A DNA stretch of 64,000 nucleotides. Source: Candidatus Babeliales bacterium. GTDB taxonomy: Bacteria > Babelota > Babeliae > Babelales > JANWKD01. The DNA lies in the NCBI GenBank assembly GCA_963701665.1, contig OY969622.1, positions 640,001 through 704,000 of the forward strand, in the 5' to 3' direction. The notes under the pieces are model-generated. The model did not search any database. It saw only the letters and a list, made by a program, of their open reading frames with translations, and had not been told where the DNA came from. A program made the position numbers and the translations under genes. Positions 18,049 through 27,682 of the stretch are shown one piece after another (position 1 is the stretch's first letter; each line of letters starts with the position of its first letter).

Positions 18049-19218
18049 TTATTTATAGAAATATTCAGAATTCCAAAGTATATATGCGACGTGCGGCTGA
18101 TGTTTTTTAGCTTTTTTATTGGTCAACAGATTTTCTATTTCGTTTATTTCTTCTTTTACTTTTTTATTTATTCTATCACGAGCCTTATAAATTTTATCTT
18201 TGTTGGATTTTGCTGTTTTTGATTTATCGATCATTGAATCAGGAATTCCGTTGATGATTTCATCGAGTGGTATAGGGTCTCGGCAGGGTTTTCCTCCTGG
18301 TGTCATTTGGAAAAGTAAGGCACCTTCAATACTCGCCGGATCAAAAATGATTTTTTGTCCATTAATTATCATTTCTCCTGTTTCGCCATCATAATCGATA
18401 TCTAATTTGTCGAAGATATTTTTTTTTGCAGTTAAAAGATTTTTTCTAATATAGCCATAGGTTTTTTGAATTGCATTTTGGTATAAAAACACATCGAAAT
18501 TATTCTCATAAAGCTTATTGTCTTTTCCTGGGGTTATAGAGTTATCTAATGCATTGGATCTAATTTCAAGAACATAAGCATTATGGGCTTGTTTTGCTTT
18601 GATGAGTTCATTTTTTTGGTTCTCATAAATTTCTGGGTTATATATGAGATTAAAGCCAAAGATAAGTTGGAAGCTACTCCAGATACGTATTGGTCCAATT
18701 CGATTGAGATACTCTAAATTTTTTATAAAGTCATTATAATGTGAAAAAAACTTTGTTTTAGTGATTTGATTTTTATTATCTAAAATTACTAATTGCGCTA
18801 CAAATGACAGGTGCTTATTGCTTGAATCATTTAGTAGTGCTGATATGAAACGTTTTATTGCACAATATTTCTGCAAAATAGATGCTGCATCAAGTCCCAT
18901 CTCATGTTGAAGCCATGTTATATCTGAGGTAAGCGCATTTTGATCAGACATGTTATTGTTTTTTATATAAGCTGATATTTTCTCGCTAGCTTCATTAATT
19001 CCATTAATGGCCATTTTGGCGAGGTTATAATATGGTTCATGATCGGCATTGCATTGATCGCGAACAGATTTTAATATTGGGTCTAGGGAAGGTTCATTTA
19101 ATACTGTTTCAGCATATTCGGCTATAATGGGCGCAAGGGAAATAATGTTATTAGCTTTTATGGCATGTTCACACAAAAGTGAAAGATCATCGAGTAACAG
19201 TTGTTCTTGAGAGTTCAT
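18049..19218 (-). CDS. Hypothetical protein, possible C-terminal winged-helix domain
   Basis: 389-aa ORF; C-terminal beta-hairpin followed by IY.ARDRINKKV resembles an OmpR-type wHTH. Confidence 0.6.
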   Translation of the reverse strand: MNSQEQLLLDDLSLLCEHAIKANNIISLAPIIAEYAETVLNEPSLDPILKSVRDQCNADHEPYYNLAKMAINGINEASEKISAYIKNNNMSDQNALTSDITWLQHEMGLDAASILQKYCAIKRFISALLNDSSNKHLSFVAQLVILDNKNQITKTKFFSHYNDFIKNLEYLNRIGPIRIWSSFQLIFGFNLIYNPEIYENQKNELIKAKQAHNAYVLEIRSNALDNSITPGKDNKLYENNFDVFLYQNAIQKTYGYIRKNLLTAKKNIFDKLDIDYDGETGEMIINGQKIIFDPASIEGALLFQMTPGGKPCRDPIPLDEIINGIPDSMIDKSKTAKSNKDKIYKARDRINKKVKEEINEIENLLTNKKAKKHQPHVAYILWNSEYFYK

Positions 19219-19364
19219 GTTTATTACCTTTTCATTACTTTTTTACATAAGTAGTTATTCCTTATTATTATACATTTGTCTTAGGCAAAAAGCAGTTGTT
19301 GTATATCCAATAACCTGATATTTTCGAACGTGAAAGTTATAAAATAATCCAATAGCGTGCACCA

Positions 19365-19515
19365 GTCTTCGCTTATCCACGCCTTCCGGCTTGGCAAGCT
19401 ACGCCTGGCTTCGCCATCTTTTTAAATGATTTTTTTTTGTAAACAAACGAAGACTGTCCGGCATAGCTTCTATAACGCAGAAGTTGATATTCTCAAAGTA
19501 AAAGCGACGACGGAC
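19365..19515 (+). repeat. Structured palindromic element (copy B), displaced tRNA-downstream sequence
   Basis: Same block order as 5146-5290 and begins right after the GCACCA of the right att site. Confidence 0.7.
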
Positions 19516-19555
19516 TGGTATGGCCGTATACTCTACTCGATTGCTTAAACGATAT

Positions 19556-20290
19556 TTAGTTAATTACTCTACTTCCTAGATCTGGATCGGTTAACATGTA
19601 GTTAACATAAAACATCATTTGTTTTATTTCACGTGGATCTTGATAACCATGTTGGTTAGCAAACGTTGCACTCTTTAATTTATCTAAAAATTCTTGTCCT
19701 GATAGATTTTTTTGGCCACCTTGAGGTGCATTACTTTTAAAATTGAAATCGGTATAAAATTTATATTCAGGTAATTCTAATAATTCATATACGAATGCAG
19801 GGTCATGCCATTGGAAGGCCTTTATAATGGGATCGTTATATTGTGTTTGAGTCCTGTCCGCATATTTAATTAAACGTGGCAATAGCTTTTTTGTATTTTT
19901 TTTATAGGTATCATAATCATTTTGAGAGTTTAATGTTGTTAACCCTACGTTATTAAATTCTCTTTCAATTTTTTGCTGGTGTTGTTTATGTTTTCGGTCT
20001 GCTGCTTGTCTTTTTAGCTCATAATATTGTTTTTGTTGTGCTTTTTCTTTTTGGAGAGCCGTTTGTAAGTATTCCATCCCTTGTGAAGATGTCATAGCTG
20101 GTTGCTCTTTTTCAATGACAGGTGCTTGTGCACCGGGTTTTATGAAACGCCTTTTCATGGGGATCTGAGTTGGTTTTTTGACAGCTGAAGGTTGAGGGGC
20201 TTCTTGTTGCATTATCTGATAAATGTCTCCACCAAAAAGGTATGTACATGAAAGGAGTGAAACACAACATACTATACTTTTTATGTTCAT
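19556..20290 (-). CDS. Hypothetical exported protein
   Basis: Signal-like N-terminus, Q/K-rich coil, AGGA RBS. Confidence 0.7.
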   Translation of the reverse strand: MNIKSIVCCVSLLSCTYLFGGDIYQIMQQEAPQPSAVKKPTQIPMKRRFIKPGAQAPVIEKEQPAMTSSQGMEYLQTALQKEKAQQKQYYELKRQAADRKHKQHQQKIEREFNNVGLTTLNSQNDYDTYKKNTKKLLPRLIKYADRTQTQYNDPIIKAFQWHDPAFVYELLELPEYKFYTDFNFKSNAPQGGQKNLSGQEFLDKLKSATFANQHGYQDPREIKQMMFYVNYMLTDPDLGSRVIN

Positions 20291-20527
20291 AAAATGATTC
20301 CTTCGTTAATAAATAAAAGACCCAAGCTATAGTATAATTTTATAATAATAATTTCCATTTATCAATAATATACATTATTGGACGAATTATATTTTCAAAG
20401 TTTGTGTTTGGGCGAAGGATTTTATCAGAGCTTTTCATGGTTCCATAAATATTTTTTTAAAAAGTTAATGTTTCTGTTTAATTTTTTTGAGGCGATCTAG
20501 GCATCTAAAAGAAGTTATGCAAAGTAT

Positions 20528-20572
20528 TTGACTTTTATGGTTACATATTTTACATTGTACATACATTGTACA
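20528..20572 (+). promoter_or_regulatory. Sigma70-like promoter with tandem operator
   Basis: TTGACT-17 nt-TACATT, overlapped by a perfect 11-bp tandem repeat TACATTGTACA x2 (20551-20572). Confidence 0.6.
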
Positions 20573-20597
20573 ACATTAATAATCGTAAGGGACCAAA

Positions 20598-21347
20598 ATG
20601 CTCAAAAAACTCGTGAAATATGGCAACAGCAATGCTCTAGTGCTTGATAAGGCATTACTTGAGTTGCTCAATATTACCGAAGGATCGGTCGTCAAAATAA
20701 AAACTGATGGGACGTCACTTATAGTTACTCCCCAAAATAACGGAGGCCAACAAGGAACTATTATGCCCACTATAACCCCTCAAGATGCATTGAATAATGC
20801 TGTTGAACAAAATATGGCACAGTATTATAAAAACCCTGAAGAGTATATGAGCGAAGTTAAAAAGCTGTATGCTCGCTATGATGAAAGTATAAAAAAATTG
20901 AATTCGCCGGAATATAAAGAGGCGGTTTTGGAAATTGATCGACAGTTTAAGGGAAACCGATTTGATCTTGAATATGTCAAAGCAATAGCGGCACTAAATA
21001 AGAAATATGCACCCGAACTTGCGCAGATGGATCAAGAAATGCAGATTCTTACTAAGAAATATGCAAAAGAAGTAGAAAAGCCCCAACAATCACCGAGCGA
21101 GTTTAGAGCTTATGTGGAAAAGTTTAAACATGTTCATGAAAAATATCGCTATGTTCAAGAACTTGTTATGAAGCTTAATGATAATCCTGATTATATTAAT
21201 GAATCAGTCATGTTGGCTGAAAAATATCAGGTGACTAAAGACTCTCCTGAATATCTCAAAGAACATGCCCAACTGATTGCAAAATATGTTCCTGATTATG
21301 CGCAATATCAGGAAGAATTAAAAACCGTTGCTGAAACTGTTAAGTAG
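20598..21347 (+). CDS. AbrB/MazE-domain protein with duplicated helical C-terminal region
   Basis: KKLVKYGNSNALVLDK..LELLNI..G..V.I motif. Confidence 0.8.
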   Translation: MLKKLVKYGNSNALVLDKALLELLNITEGSVVKIKTDGTSLIVTPQNNGGQQGTIMPTITPQDALNNAVEQNMAQYYKNPEEYMSEVKKLYARYDESIKKLNSPEYKEAVLEIDRQFKGNRFDLEYVKAIAALNKKYAPELAQMDQEMQILTKKYAKEVEKPQQSPSEFRAYVEKFKHVHEKYRYVQELVMKLNDNPDYINESVMLAEKYQVTKDSPEYLKEHAQLIAKYVPDYAQYQEELKTVAETVK

Positions 21348-21362
21348 CTCTATACGCATCGT

Positions 21363-21402
21363 AAAATACGGCCTGCAAAATTTTCTTGCAGGCCGTATTT
21401 TT
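21363..21402 (+). terminator. Intrinsic terminator
   Basis: AAAATACGGCCTGCAA / TTGCAGGCCGTATTTT followed by a T-run. Confidence 0.8.
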
Positions 21403-21485
21403 TAGCAAAAATTTTCTAATCTTTGCGTGCTACTAAAAGAGTGGTATACTCTCTCTTTTAGTTTTCTTTTAATATAAAAAACCTC

Positions 21486-22691
21486 ATGAAAAAAAAGCAC
21501 ATCATTATCGGCACGTCGGCAGCGGGGATCGGGGCTGCTCAAAAGCTACGTCAAGTTGATCAAGAATCTGATATAGTTTGTATTTCCGATGAGCCGGATT
21601 TTCCTTATAACAAATGTTTTTTTGCCGATTATTTAGCCGGACGCAAACAACAACAAGAGTTATATACAAGAAAAAGCGATTTTTTTGAAAAAAACCGCAT
21701 TCAACTTTTGCTGAACGCGCGCGTGACAAAGATTGACGTTGAACATAAAACGCTCGTTTTGCATGATAATTCGCGCGTTTCATACGACACACTTTTCCTG
21801 GGATTAGGAAGGAAATTACCTTCTTTTGTGCAAGAATTTCAGAACTTGAACGGTTTCTTTACGTTTAATTCACTCGCCTCAGTATTGAACCTAGAAAAAT
21901 ATATTCTTAAAGAGAACGTACGTTCAGTTGTCATTATTGGCGCAGGATTAACGGGTGTCGAGTGTGCCGATGCGCTCGCGCGGTTTCACGTCGATATTCA
22001 TATCATCGATGCGAGTGCACACATATTAAGCTTACTTTGTACGAGTGCGGGTGCTGATTTTATTGCAGCAGCAATGCAGCAAGCGCGCGTTACGCTTCAT
22101 CAAAAAAAAATGATGCGTACGCTTATCAGTGATCGAGGGTGCGTTCGGGGAATCATTTTGAATGATGGGACGGAAATTGAAGCGCAGATGGTTATTTCTG
22201 CTGTTTCAGGGCCTATCAATAGCGATTTGGCAGTTGATGCGGGCATTACGTGCGACGAGCGCACAAAGGCTATTATTACCAATGAATACCTGCAAACGAG
22301 TGCCCAAGGTATCTATGCGGGTGGGGATGCTATCCTGATCTATGACCAACTTTTGCAAAAGAGGGTACCGAGCTGTTTATGGGCAGATGCTATGCTCCAG
22401 GGAGCTATCGCAGCTCAGAATATGGCTGGGTTTCAAAAGTCCTATCCCGGGGCAGTCGTAGTGGCCAGTTCTTCATTTTTTGGTCTCAATTTTGCCAGTT
22501 GCGGGCCAATTATCCAGGGATCTATGGTATTTGAGCATCGGATCAAGAGAACAGAAGAATTGTTCGCTCATTATCTCATTGCCGAAAATAAGCTCAAAGG
22601 GTTTATGCTTATAGGTAAACAGTTCAATCTGTCACTTTTAAGGCGTTTGGTCCTAACACAAGAGCCTATAACGCAGGTATCCCTCTACTAA
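21486..22691 (+). CDS. FAD/NAD(P)-dependent oxidoreductase (NirB-N / rubredoxin-reductase-like)
   Basis: IIGTSAAG, VIIGAGLTGVE and TS..GIYAGGD motifs. Confidence 0.85.
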   Translation: MKKKHIIIGTSAAGIGAAQKLRQVDQESDIVCISDEPDFPYNKCFFADYLAGRKQQQELYTRKSDFFEKNRIQLLLNARVTKIDVEHKTLVLHDNSRVSYDTLFLGLGRKLPSFVQEFQNLNGFFTFNSLASVLNLEKYILKENVRSVVIIGAGLTGVECADALARFHVDIHIIDASAHILSLLCTSAGADFIAAAMQQARVTLHQKKMMRTLISDRGCVRGIILNDGTEIEAQMVISAVSGPINSDLAVDAGITCDERTKAIITNEYLQTSAQGIYAGGDAILIYDQLLQKRVPSCLWADAMLQGAIAAQNMAGFQKSYPGAVVVASSSFFGLNFASCGPIIQGSMVFEHRIKRTEELFAHYLIAENKLKGFMLIGKQFNLSLLRRLVLTQEPITQVSLY

Positions 22692-22797
22692 AAAATTACA
22701 ATAAGAAACAATATATAAAATATAAAAAACTATCATATTGCTCTTTTTTTTCTATCTGCTACACTAATATAAAATGGTATATAAAGAGGTTATATTC

Positions 22798-23901
22798 ATG
22801 AAACATTTCTCTAAAAAGATCTTTCTTTGTTTGAGTTTACTTTGTGTGGGCCAAACATTCCCTAATATTTTTAACGGTTTGAGCTTACTTTGGGTTGGCC
22901 AAGCGTTCCCTAATATTTTTAACGATGGCGCGCAATGGGCAACAAATTTGTATTGTTCCTCGCTTTCCAACGTTGAGCACAAGATGGGAGTTCCTCAGAA
23001 GTCCTTACAAGTTGGATTGCCTACGACAGCATGTTTGGGGTTGCTCGGCTATTTAGCGTGTCCCGAAGAAAATCTTCAACAAATTCGTACGTATGCAAAA
23101 TGGATCGCTTTAGGAAGTGCAACAGTATGTAGTGCCTATGGTCTGCAATGGGCAAAACGTTGGTGGGATTTTTATCGTTTAAGTAATACGTTACGTGATG
23201 CATCATTTGTTGACACAGCACACGGTGACAAATTCAGATACGCGACATGGAAGAAAGATAGATGGCCATTAGCATCGGATTTATTGAACGACAAAAAAGC
23301 CGTTAAAAAGCAATTAAAACATGATGTTATCGCATGTTCAGATCAAGCCTATGATGATGGGGGCGAAGTTATTGCTTCTAAAGACATTACTTCTAAAGAT
23401 GTTAAAGGCTGGATTAATAATGAACTTAAAAAATTAAAAGATGATTTACAAGCTCTTGGTTTATGTACTGATACTAATAAAGTTATTATTAAATATTTAA
23501 AAGAGAATGAACGAAGCATATCAAATACAGTACCTGCTTTTACGAATATCATTGAAAATATGAACTATTTAGGTGGCCTAAATCAAACAGATTTAAATGA
23601 ACTTATAACCTGTATAAAAAATCATTGCAGAAAACATTATGCTAAACAATCCCTGTTTGCAAAGATGGTGCATTTTCCTGACAACCACCAATTTTGGCGT
23701 TATCAATGGTATCCGGATCATCCACGAGTTGCACCACATTATCTACATGCAGCAGAGCTTTACTGTGAATTGTTACGCCATTGTATTCGTTTATCAGCAT
23801 TAAAAACTGTTGCTGATGAAATGAACTGGAAGCCTAAGCCAAAACCACTAGCTCATATTGATGTGACAACAAAAAAAGAAAAAACTGAAAAAGAAGACTA
23901 A
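22798..23901 (+). CDS. Hypothetical membrane/exported protein
   Basis: Long ORF, GAGG RBS, hydrophobic N-terminus with a 16-aa duplication. Confidence 0.7.
   Translation: MKHFSKKIFLCLSLLCVGQTFPNIFNGLSLLWVGQAFPNIFNDGAQWATNLYCSSLSNVEHKMGVPQKSLQVGLPTTACLGLLGYLACPEENLQQIRTYAKWIALGSATVCSAYGLQWAKRWWDFYRLSNTLRDASFVDTAHGDKFRYATWKKDRWPLASDLLNDKKAVKKQLKHDVIACSDQAYDDGGEVIASKDITSKDVKGWINNELKKLKDDLQALGLCTDTNKVIIKYLKENERSISNTVPAFTNIIENMNYLGGLNQTDLNELITCIKNHCRKHYAKQSLFAKMVHFPDNHQFWRYQWYPDHPRVAPHYLHAAELYCELLRHCIRLSALKTVADEMNWKPKPKPLAHIDVTTKKEKTEKED
22831..22926 (+). repeat. In-frame 48-bp tandem duplication
   Basis: LSLLCVGQTFPNIFNG / LSLLWVGQAFPNIFND. Confidence 0.85.
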
Positions 23902-23988
23902 CAACGGCAAATCTTTTGAGGAATGTAAGATAATGCTATACTAAGCATGTGATTACCTTACGTTTACCTAAAAAAATCAGGGGTTGTT

Positions 23989-24768
23989 ATGGCGATTACT
24001 TTAAGAACGGTGGCTCAACTGAGCTCAAAGCGGTGTAAAAAATCGCTTTTTCTTATTCCCTTCTGTTTTACCTTTGCAAATGCATTTTTTGGATTCCTCT
24101 CTGTTATCGAAGCCCTGCGTGGCGATCTTATTTTATCCGCTTTATGTATTGGATTTGCCGCGTGCGCTGATGCCCTCGATGGCAGATTAGCGCGTGCATT
24201 AGGTTCATCAAGTTATCTTGGTGCAGAACTTGATGCATTGTGCGATGCTATCTCTTTTTGTTGCGCACCCACCATTCTTATTTATAGTGTTTTTCAAGAT
24301 AGCATGTCATGGGTTGGCGTTGCTGTGCTTGGCCTTTATCTGTGTGCTGGGTTATTTAGGCTGGCTAAATTTAATGTGACGCAAAGTTCATGTTCTGCTT
24401 ATTTTTCAGGCCTTTCCACGCCGGTTTCTGCATTTTTTTTAGCAACCTTAGTTCTCTATTTTGATTGGTTTATTCAATCGCCCTTGTGGTTCTTAGTTGA
24501 TGCATGGGGTATTACTTTTGTTGCTGGCATTCTTGCACTTCTTATGATTTCAACAATTCCTTTTCCATCATTTAAAAAAACCCGTTTTTCCTTTTCTTAT
24601 GCGTATTGCAGTTTGGCAGGCATAATTACAAGTGTTTGTGTTTCCTTTTGGACGCATATTCCACTTCTTTTTTTATTGCAAGCGGCATATCTCTGTTCAG
24701 CTTTAGCCATGTATGCGATAGGAATGTTGAGAACATTATCAAATTCTAAGCGCAATAACCTAATTTAA
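23989..24768 (+). CDS. pssA: CDP-diacylglycerol-serine O-phosphatidyltransferase
   Basis: DALDGRLAR...G.ELD.LCD.ISF, RLAKFN and F.GL..P motifs. Confidence 0.88.
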   Translation: MAITLRTVAQLSSKRCKKSLFLIPFCFTFANAFFGFLSVIEALRGDLILSALCIGFAACADALDGRLARALGSSSYLGAELDALCDAISFCCAPTILIYSVFQDSMSWVGVAVLGLYLCAGLFRLAKFNVTQSSCSAYFSGLSTPVSAFFLATLVLYFDWFIQSPLWFLVDAWGITFVAGILALLMISTIPFPSFKKTRFSFSYAYCSLAGIITSVCVSFWTHIPLLFLLQAAYLCSALAMYAIGMLRTLSNSKRNNLI

Positions 24769-25019
24769 CTCAAATTTGATGAGTGACTATGCTGCAAGAA
24801 ATGCATATTAGACAGAATCGTCATTGCGAGCGAAGCGTGGCAATCCAATTATAAAATTAGTTTCTTTAAGGATTAATTAAAGTTTGGATTCTACTTCGTT
24901 AAAACTTCGTAGAACAGGTCCCCACGGTTCTGAACCCTGCGAAGCTTCAGCGAAGAAGGGCTAAAGCCTCGGGATGACATCCTTGTGTTTACGGGTGTAA
25001 GTTTCATAGAGTTTACGTT
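24766..25019. mobile_element. MITE-like palindromic element, copy 2, with two nested insertions
   Basis: Ends TAACTCAAATTTGATGA / TCATAGAGTTTACGTT; core inverted relative to copy 1; near-identical to copy 5. Confidence 0.85.
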
Positions 25020-26254
25020 CATTTAACATTCCATAAACTTCGTAGCGAAAGAATTTTACACTGAAAAATATCTTGTGCGATGGCGCCATCTTTGGCGAGT
25101 CGCTTAAGCGGTGTATTTGAACTACATTTTGAGAGCAGTTGTGCCAATGTATGAATGTTGTGAAAAATATGGTTGATGGGCGCTTCATGAATTTTGCCCC
25201 ATCCATGTTCATAAGAACGTGCTTCAATGATAAGATTTTTGTTAACATCACTGATAACCATAATGTGCCCGGGAATCCAGATAATGTCGCCATTATGAAC
25301 GGAACCTGAAGATGAGACTGGCTGCAAATGTTTAAGAATGGTAGTGCTGTTTTTAAAATAATACGGAAGACCGGCAATTTGTGCTGCGCGTGTCAGTAAA
25401 CCCGTACAATCAAAACCGGTTTTGGGAATATGAGAATAATGGGGACGTACAAACGTTAATTCAGTTGAATGCCCTGATACTTTCTTTTTTATAAAATCGC
25501 CATCATGATCAAGAGCTGTAAAACTGCTTCCGCCCCACACATAAGGAATACAGCCATGGTGTTGATGTGCCCATTGGTGCAAAATTGCAAGGAATGTCGT
25601 TATTTGTTGTTCGCGAGTACGCGCGTCGGACGTAGCAACAACGAGGTTACGCGGTAGTTGAAGAACGTTAAGTTCTGTTCCGGATGGCGAGAGTGCATAC
25701 CCTGAAAACGAGTGTTCATCATGTCCTTTGACGACAAAGCGAGTGCCCGCTGAAAGCGTACGTTTTGAATGATGATCAAAAAAAGGCATAATCAACGTTA
25801 CAACATGTTGTGCGCGCGTTTTTTTTGTTTGATTATAGGCAACCGGTTCAGGAAGCAGCGAAATATCGATGCCGTTTTTTTCTAGTTGGGAAATAGGTAT
25901 AAAATTTTTTTTGAGCGCCCAATAGGCGCTATTTTTTTTGGTGTCGTTCTGGGTTTCAAAGAAAACTGAAGGTATACTAATGTATACTTCGTCCTTTTTT
26001 TCTTCTAGGACGGTGACAATTTCATGAAAAAGTAGCTGGTGTATGCGTGAGCAGTGCGGCGCTTTTTGGATGCAAAGTGGCAATTGATGGTAACATGATG
26101 CCACATTTTTGTTCGAACTTATTTTTTGTGCAGATTCGCCAAGTAAATCTGCAACGGGTACTCGCGTAATAGCAAGATAAGGTGTTGCAACAGACCATAG
26201 GGAAAAATAGACCAAAAAGGGTAACAACAATAACAAGGTAAGCATAGATCTCAT
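25019..26254 (-). CDS. NlpC/P60 endopeptidase (dipeptidyl-peptidase VI-like)
   Basis: PYVWGG, GFDCTGL and GD.I.IPGHIM motifs; signal peptide. Confidence 0.85.
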   Translation of the reverse strand: MRSMLTLLLLLPFLVYFSLWSVATPYLAITRVPVADLLGESAQKISSNKNVASCYHQLPLCIQKAPHCSRIHQLLFHEIVTVLEEKKDEVYISIPSVFFETQNDTKKNSAYWALKKNFIPISQLEKNGIDISLLPEPVAYNQTKKTRAQHVVTLIMPFFDHHSKRTLSAGTRFVVKGHDEHSFSGYALSPSGTELNVLQLPRNLVVATSDARTREQQITTFLAILHQWAHQHHGCIPYVWGGSSFTALDHDGDFIKKKVSGHSTELTFVRPHYSHIPKTGFDCTGLLTRAAQIAGLPYYFKNSTTILKHLQPVSSSGSVHNGDIIWIPGHIMVISDVNKNLIIEARSYEHGWGKIHEAPINHIFHNIHTLAQLLSKCSSNTPLKRLAKDGAIAQDIFQCKILSLRSLWNVK

Positions 26255-26298
26255 AGGAGCGTCCCTCGTGGTTTGTTTTTTTATCTTATAACAGTACC

Positions 26299-26485
26299 TA
26301 ACGCGAACTCGATGAAACTAAGCACAGGGATGTCATCCCGAGGCGTTAGCCGTGGGGATCCAAACTTTAATTAACTCCTTAAAGGAACTAATTTTATAAT
26401 TGGATTGCCACGCTTGCGCTCGCAATGACAATTTTGTTTTCAATATGCCTTTGCTGTAGCATAGTAAATCATCGAATTTACGTTA
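26299..26485. mobile_element. MITE-like palindromic element, copy 3
   Basis: TIRs TAACGCGAACTCGATGA / TCATCGAATTTACGTTA (14/17) around the palindromic core. Confidence 0.88.
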
Positions 26486-26647
26486 CTTAGTATTGACTGT
26501 TGAGCATAAAAAACGCAAGAGATCGTGCGCATTTGAATATATTTGAGAAATTAAAAACAAATAATAAAATAAATTCATTGATTACTAGAAATAAAATGAT
26601 ATACACTTGTGATGATTATGAAATTACATTACGGTGAAAGAAAAATT

Positions 26648-27682
26648 ATGAAGAAAAAATTATTACGTGCAGTGTTGTGTGGTTCTGTCATCATACCATT
26701 GCATGCGGCTAGTCAGAAGACGAACGAATGGACGTGGTCTTTTAAGAAAGAGTTTTCAGCAACAGAAATTCTAGAAAATACAAAGCGTAAGCAGCTTGTG
26801 TTTTGCAAAAATGTGCCCCACTTTTCACAGCTTATTTTTTATTGGAATGCATTTCGGCCTGAAAAAGGGTATTTCTCATTTCATGCACAGGTGCAAGATG
26901 AAAAAAATAAATGGCATGATTGGCATCATATGTTTGAATGGGGCAAAGACGTTCAAAAATCATTTTTTAATATGAGTGCGTCGGGAACAAAATATTGCCA
27001 CGTGCGTTTAGAAATGCCACACACGCGCTTGGCAAAAAGCGTACGCATCAAAGTTATTGCACACGAGGGCGCTAATTTATCCTCATTGCGCGCGCTCGGT
27101 TTAAACGTAGCTAATTTGCACGCGTTCAATGACGAGTTTGATCAAGCAATAAACATGCTTCCTTCCGTTATGATTTCGGGAGTTCCGCAACAATCGCAAC
27201 GAGTGCTTGATCATCCTCAATCGGATGTGATGTGTTCTGCCGTGTCATGTAGTATGCTTATGGGATATTTGAAAAAAAGTGTTCTCAATCCGGTTGATTT
27301 TGCCGCGGGCGTGTATGATAACGGCTTGCAAGCATATGGCAGTTGGCCATTTAATGTTGCGCACGCGTTTGAACATGGCGAGGGTGAACTTTTTTTCAAA
27401 GTTATACGATTGCCCTCGTTTCTTGAATTGCATGGTATGTTACAAAAATCATTACCGGTCGTTGTGAGTGTTCGAGGGATGCTTGATGGAGCCCCAAAAG
27501 AATATAATAACGGACATTTATTAGTGGTGGTTGGATGGAATCAAGAAAAACAAAAAGTTATATGCCACGATCCTGCCTTTGAAACTAACGAGAAGGTATA
27601 TGCTGAATATGATATCAAATCATTTTGCTCAGCATGGGGACGTTCGCGTCATTTAGCATATGTTGCTGAGCCTAATTATTAA
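26648..27682 (+). CDS. Peptidase C39-like family protein
   Basis: Q.SQ...MCS..S.SM, YG.W.FN, GHLLVV.G and HDP motifs. Confidence 0.8.
   Translation: MKKKLLRAVLCGSVIIPLHAASQKTNEWTWSFKKEFSATEILENTKRKQLVFCKNVPHFSQLIFYWNAFRPEKGYFSFHAQVQDEKNKWHDWHHMFEWGKDVQKSFFNMSASGTKYCHVRLEMPHTRLAKSVRIKVIAHEGANLSSLRALGLNVANLHAFNDEFDQAINMLPSVMISGVPQQSQRVLDHPQSDVMCSAVSCSMLMGYLKKSVLNPVDFAAGVYDNGLQAYGSWPFNVAHAFEHGEGELFFKVIRLPSFLELHGMLQKSLPVVVSVRGMLDGAPKEYNNGHLLVVVGWNQEKQKVICHDPAFETNEKVYAEYDIKSFCSAWGRSRHLAYVAEPNY

Larger units (their letters stand above)
6272..19366. mobile_element. Integrative element / phage-satellite-like island at the tRNA-Arg(CCT) 3' end
   Basis: Flanking repeat 6259-6279 vs 19346-19366 (17/21 identical, core GCACCAGT); serine recombinase at the left end; primase, helicase-like and ERF genes; visibly more AT-rich than the flanks. 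Confidence 0.85.

Noticed and set aside
19346..19364. Possible third tRNA or pseudo-tRNA
   Set aside because: Only a 3'-end-like fragment with no D or anticodon arm; better explained as the right att site.
24961..25377. 138-aa ORF overlapping NlpC/P60 and the MITE
   Set aside because: Alternative-frame shadow with no motifs.
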